44,914 nt of DNA, taken from a virus. Its lineage: Duplodnaviria; Caudoviricetes. Below the pieces are notes generated by a model that did no database searches, was not told the DNA's origin, and saw nothing but the letters and a program-made list of their open reading frames with translations. Location of the stretch: positions 1-44,914 of IMG/VR virus record IMGVR_UViG_3300025267_000025; one strand, given 5' to 3'. Each line of letters begins with the position of its first letter. Position 1 is the stretch's first letter. Positions 1 through 8,564 of the stretch are shown here, piece by piece. A program made the translations under genes and the position numbers.

Positions 1-146
1 CGTATGAAGACGACCCGACCATCCGCCGATGCGTCGGTTTCGGCCAGCGCGACGGGTTTGATATGATCCATGTCGCGAACCTCTACGCTGGACGCGCCAC
101 GAAGCCTGACGACCTGTTTGCAATGGCCGATCCGGTAGGCCCGGAA
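1..146. repeat. Terminal direct repeat, left copy (circular overlap)
   Basis: Identical to 44769-44914 except C32 vs A44800. Confidence 0.97.
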
Positions 147-371
147 AACGAGCGCGTCTGGGCGAAGATGAAGGCAAACACGAGCTGCACGATCGTCTGC
201 GCCTGGGGCGCTGACAGGCGAGCGATTCAGCAGGGTGAGCGGTTCCTCGACTTCATGGCGGGGCGTGACCTGTATTGCCTCGGCATGACAAAATACGGGC
301 ACCCGAAGCACCCGCTGTATCTTCGTGCCGACGCGCTGATCGAGCCGTTCGTCCTTGGCGAGTTGCGGTGA
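1..371 (+). CDS. DUF1643-family protein, 3' part (gene spans the origin, starts at 44612)
   Basis: Joined frame reads [19 protein letters not shown]...VANLYA.RAT.P...VCAWG...LCLGMTKYGHPKHPLY, typical DUF1643 motifs. Confidence 0.85.
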   Translation, partial: YEDDPTIRRCVGFGQRDGFDMIHVANLYAGRATKPDDLFAMADPVGPENERVWAKMKANTSCTIVCAWGADRRAIQQGERFLDFMAGRDLYCLGMTKYGHPKHPLYLRADALIEPFVLGELR

Positions 372-664
372 TGGCGCCGCCGAAACCGCGCTGGAGGAAT
401 CATTCGTCGCACCACCGAACGCTCAAAATCGGCAAGGACATGCTTCAGCATTGGCCGACCACGGACAAGTTTCAATGGAAGGGCAAAATCTACTACGGCC
501 AGGACGTTGACGCCTTCGTCAAGAAGCTGTTAGGGGACGATCCTGACGCGGAACGTCTCGACATAGCCGACCGGCTTGAAGAGCTTTCGTCCTGGTACGG
601 AGAGAACACAACCGAAGGTGACCGCCAGGCCCTCCTGCGCGCCGCCGAGCTTCTGAGAGGATAG
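371..664 (+). CDS. Hypothetical protein
   Basis: ATG at 371 overlaps the upstream TGA; fits the operon packing. Confidence 0.6.
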   Translation: MAPPKPRWRNHSSHHRTLKIGKDMLQHWPTTDKFQWKGKIYYGQDVDAFVKKLLGDDPDAERLDIADRLEELSSWYGENTTEGDRQALLRAAELLRG

Positions 665-665
665 A

Positions 666-1037
666 ATGGAACCGACTAAAGGTGCGAAAGATGTTACAGC
701 CGAGAGGCTAAGGCAGATTGAGGAAGAGGGTTATCATTGCCTTCACGACGACTTGAACAAACCAGGCGAGATTGCGAGAGCAGCACTCAACTACGTCGTC
801 TGCGCTTTCACGTGTCAGAAGCTTGGAGTGAAAGAAACGCAAGTCCCCCCTCCTTATACGAACGAAGCATACACGAGCCTTGCTTGGCCGTGGAGCTTCG
901 ACAGCTGGAAGCCAGGAACAGTCCGGCGAATGTATGTGAAGGCTGCGGCGCTTCTCATCGCCGAGATTGACCGAATGGACCGCGCAGAAGAGGATTCGGA
1001 AAGGATCAAAGAGGAGGAACGAAATGATCAACGATGA
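666..1037 (+). CDS. Conserved phage hypothetical protein
   Basis: AER.RQ..EG...HDD...WPW...WKP...VKAAALL.AEI.R pattern seen in many phages; GAGG RBS. Confidence 0.75.
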   Translation: MEPTKGAKDVTAERLRQIEEEGYHCLHDDLNKPGEIARAALNYVVCAFTCQKLGVKETQVPPPYTNEAYTSLAWPWSFDSWKPGTVRRMYVKAAALLIAEIDRMDRAEEDSERIKEEERNDQR

Positions 1038-1272
1038 AATGAACTCAGGCGATGATCGAGAGCCGCTTGCCAACCATAACGAAGACAAGGTGGCCGAGCG
1101 CCTTCAGCAAATCGCCGCGAACGTCCGCGCACCGATGGGTCATGTCACTGACGTTGACCTGATGTATATCGAGAAAGCCGCCAACATGCTGAAGTCGAAA
1201 AGCCAAACCAAAAGTGGAGCCCATCGATGGGGGGACAAGCGAAAGAACACCAACCGGCATAGGAGTTACTAA
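1024..1272 (+). CDS. Hypothetical protein
   Basis: GAGGAGG RBS before ATG 1024; stop overlaps next start. Confidence 0.6.
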   Translation: MINDEMNSGDDREPLANHNEDKVAERLQQIAANVRAPMGHVTDVDLMYIEKAANMLKSKSQTKSGAHRWGDKRKNTNRHRSY

Positions 1273-1619
1273 TGCCTCGTCCTCGCAAGTATCACTTTTT
1301 CTTCCGCATTCTTGACACGGATCATTCGTGGAAAGAGCTTATCAAATCTCCGCCAACGGAGCGTCTGCCGGCCACTGTGATGGTTGATAAGGACGAACGC
1401 CCAAAGTTCCTGTTCGTCCGCATCTATGACGACGTGTACGAATCAACCGTCTGGGAAGTAAGAGGGCCACGGAACAATAAGCTCACCAACGACGAATGGG
1501 AGGGAACCCGCCGCTTCACATATCTCAAAGACGCGAAGCGAACCGCGATTGATCGGGCATACGCCAACGCCGGCATTCCGAACCCCCACGCTCAGCGGTC
1601 CTCGCTCAGCTACAAATAA
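1272..1619 (+). CDS. Hypothetical protein
   Basis: AGGAG RBS; TAATG coupling. Confidence 0.7.
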   Translation: MPRPRKYHFFFRILDTDHSWKELIKSPPTERLPATVMVDKDERPKFLFVRIYDDVYESTVWEVRGPRNNKLTNDEWEGTRRFTYLKDAKRTAIDRAYANAGIPNPHAQRSSLSYK

Positions 1620-1662
1620 TTTCATCGGCCCTCTTGTCATTTTGATCGAGGGGGCCGATATT
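1613..1662 (+). promoter_or_regulatory. Sigma70-like early promoter P1
   Basis: TTGTCA (1634-1639), 17-bp spacer, GATATT (1657-1662); A/T-rich upstream; matches P2 and P3. Confidence 0.7.
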
Positions 1663-1675
1663 GAGATTGTCAACG

Positions 1676-1912
1676 ATGGAGAATCAAATGGTAACCCGCA
1701 CCGAGTTCGGCCTCAGCGAGCAGATTGTGCCTGTCGAGAATGCACGCAACGTCGCGATTGTCATGAACAACGGCTCGGAGATTGTCGAGATTGAGACCGG
1801 CCTCCCGTCCCACGCCGACGCCCTCGCCGAGGCCCGCGCGCTTCGAGAGCTTGCTTGGGATCGTCCGTCTCAGTTCGCCTCGATGAACATCGGCGTGCGA
1901 TATGAAATTTGA
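1676..1912 (+). CDS. Hypothetical protein (start 1676 or 1688)
   Basis: ORF directly after P1. Confidence 0.6.
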   Translation: MENQMVTRTEFGLSEQIVPVENARNVAIVMNNGSEIVEIETGLPSHADALAEARALRELAWDRPSQFASMNIGVRYEI

Positions 1913-2489
1913 GCTCAATTCGGCGACGCCTGCCGAAGTGCTCGCGAACCTCTGGAGGCGGCGCAACTACACGCCGCTTCTGGAGGGTGAGGGGTTCGCC
2001 TACGGAGCAACGCGACTTCCGAACCAAGAGAACATCTATCACTTGTGGGTGGCCGAAGGGAGATCGTGCCATCTTGTCAACAAGCTGGACGATCTCGATG
2101 AGGCATCGTTCTGCGTACGGATCATCGAGGAAGGATTGAGGTCAACCGATATGAATGAAGACGGCATCTTTGGCGTTCGCGGAAGCACTCGCGATGGAGA
2201 CTACTACGTCATAGCCCAATGCGGAACGCGCCCTCGCGAGGGGAAGGCGGGGGGAGCCATGGCCAACATCCAGAGCGGATCGTGGGATAACGTTCGCTTC
2301 CTGGCCGGCCCATACGCCAGCGAAAGCGTCGCGGCAATCTTCGCGCCAATCGTCCGTGACAAGATTAAGCGGGAGCAGCCCGAACGGGAGGATTGGGGAC
2401 GATGGGACTTCGGCGTGCTGAGAAAGGAAACGTCCAGACCGCGATCAATTCTCGGCGTCTGGCTCGGCGACGATGACGACGAAGAATAG
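1902..2489 (+). CDS. Hypothetical protein
   Basis: 195-aa ORF overlapping the previous stop. Confidence 0.7.
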   Translation: MKFELNSATPAEVLANLWRRRNYTPLLEGEGFAYGATRLPNQENIYHLWVAEGRSCHLVNKLDDLDEASFCVRIIEEGLRSTDMNEDGIFGVRGSTRDGDYYVIAQCGTRPREGKAGGAMANIQSGSWDNVRFLAGPYASESVAAIFAPIVRDKIKREQPEREDWGRWDFGVLRKETSRPRSILGVWLGDDDDEE

Positions 2490-2658
2490 GGGCCGAAGGT
2501 ATACGTGGGACGATCCCGCGCTGAGGGCCGAATATGTCGAGTTGCGAAATCTCTCGATCACGTGCCCTTGGGACAAGTCCGTGCGCGGACAGCTAGAGGA
2601 AGTCGGGCGCCGCTTCGATGCGAAGTTCAACCCTCGATACCGCCCGCGCCGACGCTGA
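2473..2658 (+). CDS. Small basic hypothetical protein
   Basis: 61-aa ORF filling the gap before P2. Confidence 0.45.
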   Translation: MTTKNRGRRYTWDDPALRAEYVELRNLSITCPWDKSVRGQLEEVGRRFDAKFNPRYRPRRR

Positions 2659-2708
2659 AGAAAAAGTTTCACGCTCCTCTTGTCATTTTGGTCGCGTGAA
2701 CATATATT
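2654..2708 (+). promoter_or_regulatory. Sigma70-like early promoter P2
   Basis: UP-like GCTGAAGAAAAAGTTTCA (2654-2671, exact copy at 3038-3055), TTGTCA 2680-2685, 17 bp, TATATT 2703-2708. Confidence 0.8.
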
Positions 2709-2730
2709 CAGATAGTCAAAGGAGGACGAT

Positions 2731-3042
2731 ATGAGCTACAAAGTTACGATCATCGGCGAAGATGGTTTCCCGCGCCAAATGTGGACGGGAGGCCGCCTCA
2801 GCCACGACATGATGAAAGCCGCTCGCTCGATGGAAGGCGACGATAAGGCAATCGAAGTCTTCAACACCGAAACTTCCGAGACGACCGTTTACACGCAAGA
2901 GCAAGCGGACGCCTTCGAGAAGTGCTACAACTGCGGCGCCGTCTCTCATGAGCACCCGATCCCTGCCGCTTCGAGCGAAGTCGGCGAGACCTTCTGCTCA
3001 GGCCTCTGCGAGCAAGACTCAATGGATTCGATCCGAAGCTGA
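2731..3042 (+). CDS. Hypothetical protein with Cys pairs (possible Zn binding)
   Basis: AGGAGG RBS; CYNC and CSGLC motifs. Confidence 0.75.
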   Translation: MSYKVTIIGEDGFPRQMWTGGRLSHDMMKAARSMEGDDKAIEVFNTETSETTVYTQEQADAFEKCYNCGAVSHEHPIPAASSEVGETFCSGLCEQDSMDSIRS

Positions 3043-3092
3043 AGAAAAAGTTTCAGCGAGGGGTTGTCAATCTCTCGCTGAACACATATATT
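3038..3092 (+). promoter_or_regulatory. Sigma70-like early promoter P3
   Basis: Same 18-bp UP-like block as P2, TTGTCA 3064-3069, 17 bp, TATATT 3087-3092. Confidence 0.8.
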
Positions 3093-3119
3093 GAGTGAGT
3101 AGAAGGAAGGAACCAAGAC

Positions 3120-3275
3120 ATGAAAAGCATCGTTGAAATCCTCGATAACGACGGCAACACGATCACGAAGGAACAAATGATGGTCGGCGAGGAATACGTT
3201 GCGATCATCGGTTCTGGCCAATACATCGTTATCACAAAAACCAAGGAGGGTGATCTGAAAAGAGTTCAAAAATAA
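3120..3275 (+). CDS. 51-aa hypothetical protein (not in ORF track)
   Basis: AAGGAAGG RBS; MKSIVEILDNDGNTITKEQMMVGEEYVAIIGSGQYIVITKTKEGDLKRVQK; lies between P3 and P4. Confidence 0.7.
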   Translation: MKSIVEILDNDGNTITKEQMMVGEEYVAIIGSGQYIVITKTKEGDLKRVQK

Positions 3276-3318
3276 AACATCGAAAGGGGTTGTCATTCCC
3301 TTGAAAATGGCGCAAAGT
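3267..3318 (+). promoter_or_regulatory. Probable promoter P4
   Basis: A-rich block, GGGTTGTCA as in P3 (TTGTCA 3290-3295), 17 bp, weak -10 CAAAGT. Confidence 0.5.
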
Positions 3319-3354
3319 GAACCGGCCAAGAGGCCAAACAAATTGGAGAATATC

Positions 3355-4128
3355 ATGACCATCTTCACCATCGTTCCGCACGCCGCTTCCGTCACCAAGG
3401 GTGCTCTTCTCAAAGGCGTCCAGTTCTCGACCAAGGATGAGCTTGTTGAGCTCATGACTGCGACCAAGACCGAAAAGGTCACCCAGAAGGAAGTGAAAGA
3501 TGACGAAGGCAACGTCACGACGCCTGAGAAGCGCGAGACCGTGACCGTTGATCCGGTCCTCTCGATGGACGTTGTTGTCAACGCCTACAACAAGCTCACG
3601 GGCCAGGATCGTGGCGACTTCAAGAGCCGTCCCGCCGCCGCCGAAGCGCTGCTCGAAGCTGCTGAAGAGCACGCTCCCGAGAAGATGAACGCTGCGCCCA
3701 AGCGCGGCAAGTTCGCTGACGTCCTCTTGATCCCTCGCCGCGATGAGAACCCGCTCCGCGAAGGCGGACGCCGCCACGGTTCGTTCCAAACCGTGCTCGA
3801 CAATCCCGGCAAAAGCCTTGAGTTCTACGTCGAGAAAGGCGCGAACGCTTCCGATCTGATCCTGTGCGCCGGTGGGCCGGACGAAACCCGCCTGATCGAT
3901 ACGAAGCCCGATCCTGAGGCCGTTGCTCGCCGCGAGGCCGAAGAGAAGGCCGCTGCCGAAGAGAAGGCCGCGAAGGCCGCTGAGAAGGAAGCCGCCAAGA
4001 AGGCCAAGCAAGAGGAAAAGGCCAAGGCCGCCGAAGCCAAGAAGTCTGAGAAGGCCAAAGCTTCCGAAGCCAAGAAGGCTGAACAGGAAGCCGCCGCGAA
4101 AGCCGCCGCCGACAAAGCGAAGGGCTGA
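3355..4128 (+). CDS. Protein with Ala/Lys/Glu-rich C-terminal tail (histone H1/TolA-like composition)
   Basis: GGAG RBS before ATG 3355; C-terminus AEEKAAKAAEKEAAKKAK...; flanked by P4 and a terminator. Confidence 0.8.
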   Translation: MTIFTIVPHAASVTKGALLKGVQFSTKDELVELMTATKTEKVTQKEVKDDEGNVTTPEKRETVTVDPVLSMDVVVNAYNKLTGQDRGDFKSRPAAAEALLEAAEEHAPEKMNAAPKRGKFADVLLIPRRDENPLREGGRRHGSFQTVLDNPGKSLEFYVEKGANASDLILCAGGPDETRLIDTKPDPEAVARREAEEKAAAEEKAAKAAEKEAAKKAKQEEKAKAAEAKKSEKAKASEAKKAEQEAAAKAAADKAKG

Positions 4129-4150
4129 CCCTTCCTCGACACTGTGAGAG

Positions 4151-4179
4151 AGGCCCGCCACCGAGCGGGCCTTTTTCTT
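4151..4179 (+). terminator. Rho-independent terminator
   Basis: AGGCCCGC-caccga-GCGGGCCT followed by TTTTCTT. Confidence 0.88.
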
Positions 4180-4460
4180 GTCCGCATTCCAAGCTTCGAG
4201 AGCCCGAAATCCCGCCCGATCCTGTCGCATCGACGCTAGGCCGTCTCTCCGCCTCGCCTGTCGCCGCTTTTCCTTTCCGGGGCCTTCCCATTCCGGCCCT
4301 TCGTTTCGCCTCTCTCCGGCGATCCTCGAAGGCCGATATTCGAGGTCCAAGCCGAAAACGTCGCCGATCCTGACGAATTGATCCGTACACGGACTATTGT
4401 GGAGCTGGTCCGTTCAAAGAGGATCGAAAAGCAGACATTTTCAAAGAAAGTTCTCGAAAA

Positions 4461-4494
4461 ACTTTTCGGAACGCGCGAAGGGGAAAGGGCCGCG
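4461..4494 (+). repeat. Partial copy of dispersed non-coding element
   Basis: cttttcggaacgcgcgaaggggaaagggccgcg vs cttttcgtgacgcgagacgagaaagggccgcg ending at 15705; GAAAGGGCCGCG exact in both. Confidence 0.65.
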
Positions 4495-4539
4495 AAAAAC
4501 CGATCCCCTTTTGATTGCGGCCGGGGATGGAGAGCCAAG

Positions 4540-5367
4540 ATGGCATCGAGTAAAAAAGCAGTCGCCACGAAGTCTGAGAACAGCGTGGCGGCTTTTTCTT
4601 TTGAAGAGCACTCAGGACAGGGCCTGGAGAACGTCTCCGCCGAAACGCTGACGATCCCGCGCCTTGCTCTTCTTCAAGACCTCTCGCCACAGAAGAAAAG
4701 GTCCAAGCCCGAATACATCGAAGGTGCTGAAGAGGGACTGTTCTGCGATGTAACGATGGCCGAGCTTTATGGCGCGGAAATTGTAATTGTTCCGGTCTAC
4801 TTCCTTCGCCAATGGCTTGTCTGGAAGCCCCGCGAGAGCGGCGGTGGTCTTGTGGCGGTTCACGATCATGATCCGGGCACGGACAAAATGGATAGTGACG
4901 AGAACGGGAAGCCCATCGATGATGACGGCAATTCCGTCTCTGAGACGTATCAGTTCTACGTCCTCCTGCTCAATCGAGAGACGAAGCAGGTTGAGAGGAA
5001 GTTCTACCCCCTCTCATCGTCCGGCATCAAGCGGGCCAAGCGGTTCCTGACGCTTGCGACCTCGATCAAGCTTCAAGGATCGAATGGCGAATATACGCCG
5101 CCCCTTTTCTATTCGTCCTATCTCGTCAGGAGCGTTCCTGAGAGCGGACCGAAGGGCGATTGGCACACGCCAATTTTCGAGAGGCTCAAGCCCATCGCCG
5201 AGCTTGAGGACGAAGGCTTCAACCCTCAGTCCGTGTACGACGCAGCAGTCGAGTTCTACAAGATGATCTCGGCAGGCGAAGTCAAGGCCGATATGTCTCA
5301 GGACGAAAGCCAATCTTCCGGTGGCGGATCGTCCGCAGCCAACGTCGATGAATCGGAACCGATGTAA
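4540..5367 (+). CDS. Putative phage single-stranded DNA-binding protein
   Basis: IPRLALLQ.LSPQ...YIEGA..G motif of a siphophage SSB-like family; acidic C-tail; first gene of the replication cluster. Confidence 0.65.
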   Translation: MASSKKAVATKSENSVAAFSFEEHSGQGLENVSAETLTIPRLALLQDLSPQKKRSKPEYIEGAEEGLFCDVTMAELYGAEIVIVPVYFLRQWLVWKPRESGGGLVAVHDHDPGTDKMDSDENGKPIDDDGNSVSETYQFYVLLLNRETKQVERKFYPLSSSGIKRAKRFLTLATSIKLQGSNGEYTPPLFYSSYLVRSVPESGPKGDWHTPIFERLKPIAELEDEGFNPQSVYDAAVEFYKMISAGEVKADMSQDESQSSGGGSSAANVDESEPM

Positions 5368-5813
5368 TGCCGGTTGAAGGGAAGCCGCTCAACGTCAACA
5401 TCGTTCAATATCTACGGCGCTTCCATCGGGCGTTCGGGCATCCGTGCCCGGACGTTCCGGTCAAGCCGGATGAACAGTTGGCCAAACTTCGAGTCAATCT
5501 GATCCAAGAGGAGTTGGAAGAGCTTTCGGTCGCACTCGATAACGGCGATATGGCCGAAACCTTCGATGCTCTCATAGACCTCCAAGTCGTAGTCGCCGGT
5601 GCGGCTGTCGCGTTCGGCCTCGATAGGGCCTACGCGGACGGATTTGAAGAGGTCATGTCATCGAATATGTCCAAGCTTGGAGAGGACGGTCAGCCGATCT
5701 ATCGAGAGGACGGCAAGATTATGAAGGGGCCGAAGTATAGGCCACCCAATCTTCGCGCCGTGCTTCAGGACGTGTTCGGACGATCTGAGTGGGGAGGACC
5801 GAATGAGTTTTGA
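5367..5813 (+). CDS. MazG-like/PRA-PH family nucleoside triphosphate pyrophosphohydrolase
   Basis: LIQEELEEL...DALIDL...EEV..SNMSK.G.DG.PIYREDGKIMKG. Confidence 0.88.
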   Translation: MPVEGKPLNVNIVQYLRRFHRAFGHPCPDVPVKPDEQLAKLRVNLIQEELEELSVALDNGDMAETFDALIDLQVVVAGAAVAFGLDRAYADGFEEVMSSNMSKLGEDGQPIYREDGKIMKGPKYRPPNLRAVLQDVFGRSEWGGPNEF

Positions 5814-6363
5814 TTTCGAGAATGCGGTCAAGCCGACGAACAGTGACAAGCTGAATGAAGTTCAACGTCTCTACGCGGAGCAATTGAAGCTTGAACAAGT
5901 CGTATCTGCGATGGAGGAGCGGCTGGCCGAGGCCAAGAAGCGCAAGAACTACTACGAGCAAAAGCTTGTGCCTGAGGCCATGATGGAAACGGGCATCGGT
6001 TCGTTCTCGCCTGATGGCGCCGAATATGAGCTCAAGCTTTCGGACTACGTTTCGGGAAGTCTGCCCAAGGACGAAGTTGGCCGCAGAGAGGCGTTTGAAT
6101 ATCTCGATGAGATTGAAGGCGGATCGTCTCTGGCCAAGACTGAAGTCATCATGAAGTTCGGCAAAGGCCAAGAGGAAGAAGCAGAAGCGTTCATCGATAT
6201 GGTGACTTCGTCCAACTTCGGAAGCCCTGAAGTGAAGAAAGATGTTCATCACTCGACACTCAAAGCGTTCGCCAAAGAGAAGTTGAAGGAAGGCGATGCC
6301 CTTTCCCTCGATAAGCTCGGCTTGTCGGCAGGCAAATACGCGAAGCTTGCGAGGAAGAAATGA
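5803..6363 (+). CDS. Conserved phage protein, N-terminal coiled coil
   Basis: GGAGG RBS; coiled coil followed by VH.STLKAF.KE motif common in phage replication modules. Confidence 0.75.
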   Translation: MSFDFENAVKPTNSDKLNEVQRLYAEQLKLEQVVSAMEERLAEAKKRKNYYEQKLVPEAMMETGIGSFSPDGAEYELKLSDYVSGSLPKDEVGRREAFEYLDEIEGGSSLAKTEVIMKFGKGQEEEAEAFIDMVTSSNFGSPEVKKDVHHSTLKAFAKEKLKEGDALSLDKLGLSAGKYAKLARKK

Positions 6364-7304
6364 CGAAGTATTCCGTAATCGGAGCGGGGCTGGCGGGTCT
6401 ATATGCCGCCGCCCTGCTGAGAAATGAATGTTCATCCGTTCACGAACTTCAGTCAGAGCTTCCGAACAACCATCGGGCATTGCTGCGCTTTCGGACGAAT
6501 GAGGTGGGCAAGGCGCTGAACATTCCGTTCAAAGAAGTTAGCGTGGTCAAGCAAGTCCACACTTCCGTGGACAAGATTCAGACTGCGATCAACTACTCGT
6601 TGAAGACGACGGGCTCAATCCTCCCGCGTTCGGTTCTGTCCGCAGACGGACAGACTGTCACTCGATACGTGGCGCCTGCCGATCTGGTCCAGAAGATATA
6701 CGACCGCACGACTTGCGCGTATCATTTCCATTGGGACGCAGAAGAGAGGATTGGCCAACTCATCGACAGTGGACGGAACATCATCTCAACGCTGCCGATG
6801 AACCTCCTTGCCTTGATCCTCGACTATCCGTTCAAGGACGATCTGGAATGTAAGAGCGTCTCAGGCTACTCCCGAACAGTAGAGCTTGTGAATTGCGACT
6901 TCTACGGAACGATCTACGTTGCCGATCCTGACATCCCATTCTATCGGGTGTCATTCGTCGGTGATCGGATCATCGTGGAATACGCACAAAGGCCTGATGC
7001 CGGTCTAGGCGAGGACAACTTTGAGAAGCAGCTATACGATATGCTGAATCTCAACGACGTTCATCACCTCGCAGTCGATCCGTGCCCGCCGCTTGTCGAG
7101 CAGAGGTATGCTAAGATACTTCCGATCGATGATCGTCCGCGCAAGGAGTTCATACACTGGGCTACGAGTAAGTTCGGCATCTTCAGTTTCGGGCGCTTCG
7201 CGACTTGGCGTCCCGGCCTTCTCATGGACGATTTGGCCAAAGACCTCTCGGTCATTCAAGACATCGCAAACAGCGGGCAGTATCAAGCCCTTCGCAGGAG
7301 TTAA
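6360..7304 (+). CDS. FAD/NAD-binding Rossmann flavoprotein (UDP-galactopyranose mutase/amine oxidase-like)
   Basis: N-terminal VIGAGLAGL; C-terminal FGRFATW. Confidence 0.75.
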   Translation: MTKYSVIGAGLAGLYAAALLRNECSSVHELQSELPNNHRALLRFRTNEVGKALNIPFKEVSVVKQVHTSVDKIQTAINYSLKTTGSILPRSVLSADGQTVTRYVAPADLVQKIYDRTTCAYHFHWDAEERIGQLIDSGRNIISTLPMNLLALILDYPFKDDLECKSVSGYSRTVELVNCDFYGTIYVADPDIPFYRVSFVGDRIIVEYAQRPDAGLGEDNFEKQLYDMLNLNDVHHLAVDPCPPLVEQRYAKILPIDDRPRKEFIHWATSKFGIFSFGRFATWRPGLLMDDLAKDLSVIQDIANSGQYQALRRS

Positions 7305-7308
7305 GAGC

Positions 7309-8109
7309 ATGAGTGAAGAGTTCCAACACATCAAGGTCAGCCTACTCGATTACACGGGCAAGGGCCAGAAGTCGCCTGCTCTATACGCGGCGAGGCTCTT
7401 GGCCTACATCAAGAACACGCGGCTTGAAATGAACGCGGGCGCTTTCGAGAGGCTGATGCAGTGTCGGCCAGAAGATAAGGCGTGGCCGGACGAACGGACG
7501 CTGATGGAGGAGATTGCCTACATCGCCAACACGATCCGTTCAAGCTGGGAATTCGTGGACTACACTTTCCAGATTGAGGGCGTGTCGAGAGCCTTCACTC
7601 ACCAATTCGTCCGAACGCGACATGGTTCGTACGCTCAGCAAAGCCAACGCTCCGTGGACGTGTCCGGTTTTGAGACATACAAGCCGGAAAACGTGAGGAG
7701 CAATCCGACCGCGAACCATACGTGGAACGGCACCATGGAGGTCATCGACCAGTCATACAAATTGATGATCGAGGAAGGCGTATCGGCTCAGGACGCGAGG
7801 GGCGTTCTGCCTACGAATATTCACACGAATATCTGCGCGAAGTTCAACCTTCGGACGATGGCTGACCTTATCGCGAAGCGCCAGAACCTCCGTGCACAGG
7901 GCGAATACGGATACGTCGCCGGTCAATTCGAGAGGCTGATGAGAGAGGTTCATCCGTGGACCGATAATTTCATCGACCCCGACCGCTCGGCGACGCCTGC
8001 GCTTGATGAAATCTTAAAGGCAAGTCTGGGCACGGATAGTCCGGTTGACCGGCCTCTCGTCAATGACGCGCTGAAAGAGCTTGACAAGCTCAAAGGAGTT
8101 TGGGGCTAA
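7309..8109 (+). CDS. thyX: Flavin-dependent thymidylate synthase-like protein
   Basis: EF..YTF.IEGVSRAFTHQFVRTR..SYAQQSQR, A.DAR.VLP, N.R, AQ.E motifs. Confidence 0.85.
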   Translation: MSEEFQHIKVSLLDYTGKGQKSPALYAARLLAYIKNTRLEMNAGAFERLMQCRPEDKAWPDERTLMEEIAYIANTIRSSWEFVDYTFQIEGVSRAFTHQFVRTRHGSYAQQSQRSVDVSGFETYKPENVRSNPTANHTWNGTMEVIDQSYKLMIEEGVSAQDARGVLPTNIHTNICAKFNLRTMADLIAKRQNLRAQGEYGYVAGQFERLMREVHPWTDNFIDPDRSATPALDEILKASLGTDSPVDRPLVNDALKELDKLKGVWG

Positions 8110-8564
8110 TGTTGGACCAGAAATATATAATTGTGGACGTGGACGGAACAATCTCCAACTGCGAACACCGGATCAACTTCGCCAAGACGCAAGATTGGGA
8201 TGAGTTCCACTCTCGTTGCGACTGCGACGAACAGATCAAGGAAAACCTTGATGTCGTGGCGGGCCTCGCCGACACGTTTGAGATCATCTTGGTCACGGGA
8301 CGGCCTGAGAAGTATCGCCAGCAGACGGAAACTTGGCTCAAGGACCAGATGGTCTATCATCTGATCACGGACGTTCTCATGCGACCGAAGGATGACTACT
8401 CGCCGGACGGCGTGATGAAGGAAGGTCTGATCACGGAGTATTTCGGCAGCCTCTCGACTGCGCTTGAGAAGGTGACTGTGATCCTCGATGACCGGGACAA
8501 GGTTGTTGATCACTTCCGTGGTCTCGGCTTCAACGTATGGCAAGTAGCGGAAAGCGGTTACTGA
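8109..8564 (+). CDS. HAD-family phosphatase (PNKP phosphatase-domain-like)
   Basis: DVDGT, VTGR, LMRP..D, K and DDR motifs. Confidence 0.87.
   Translation: MLDQKYIIVDVDGTISNCEHRINFAKTQDWDEFHSRCDCDEQIKENLDVVAGLADTFEIILVTGRPEKYRQQTETWLKDQMVYHLITDVLMRPKDDYSPDGVMKEGLITEYFGSLSTALEKVTVILDDRDKVVDHFRGLGFNVWQVAESGY

Noticed and set aside
1613-3318. Repeats as a CRISPR array
   Set aside because: Irregular spacing of hundreds of bp with genes between; they match promoter geometry.
3232-4390. Long minus-strand ORFs (372, 256 aa)
   Set aside because: Antisense to the low-complexity AKE gene and the island.
4378-4539. TTG-started N-terminal extension of the SSB-like ORF
   Set aside because: Runs through a stop-poor control region; the GGAG RBS supports ATG 4540.
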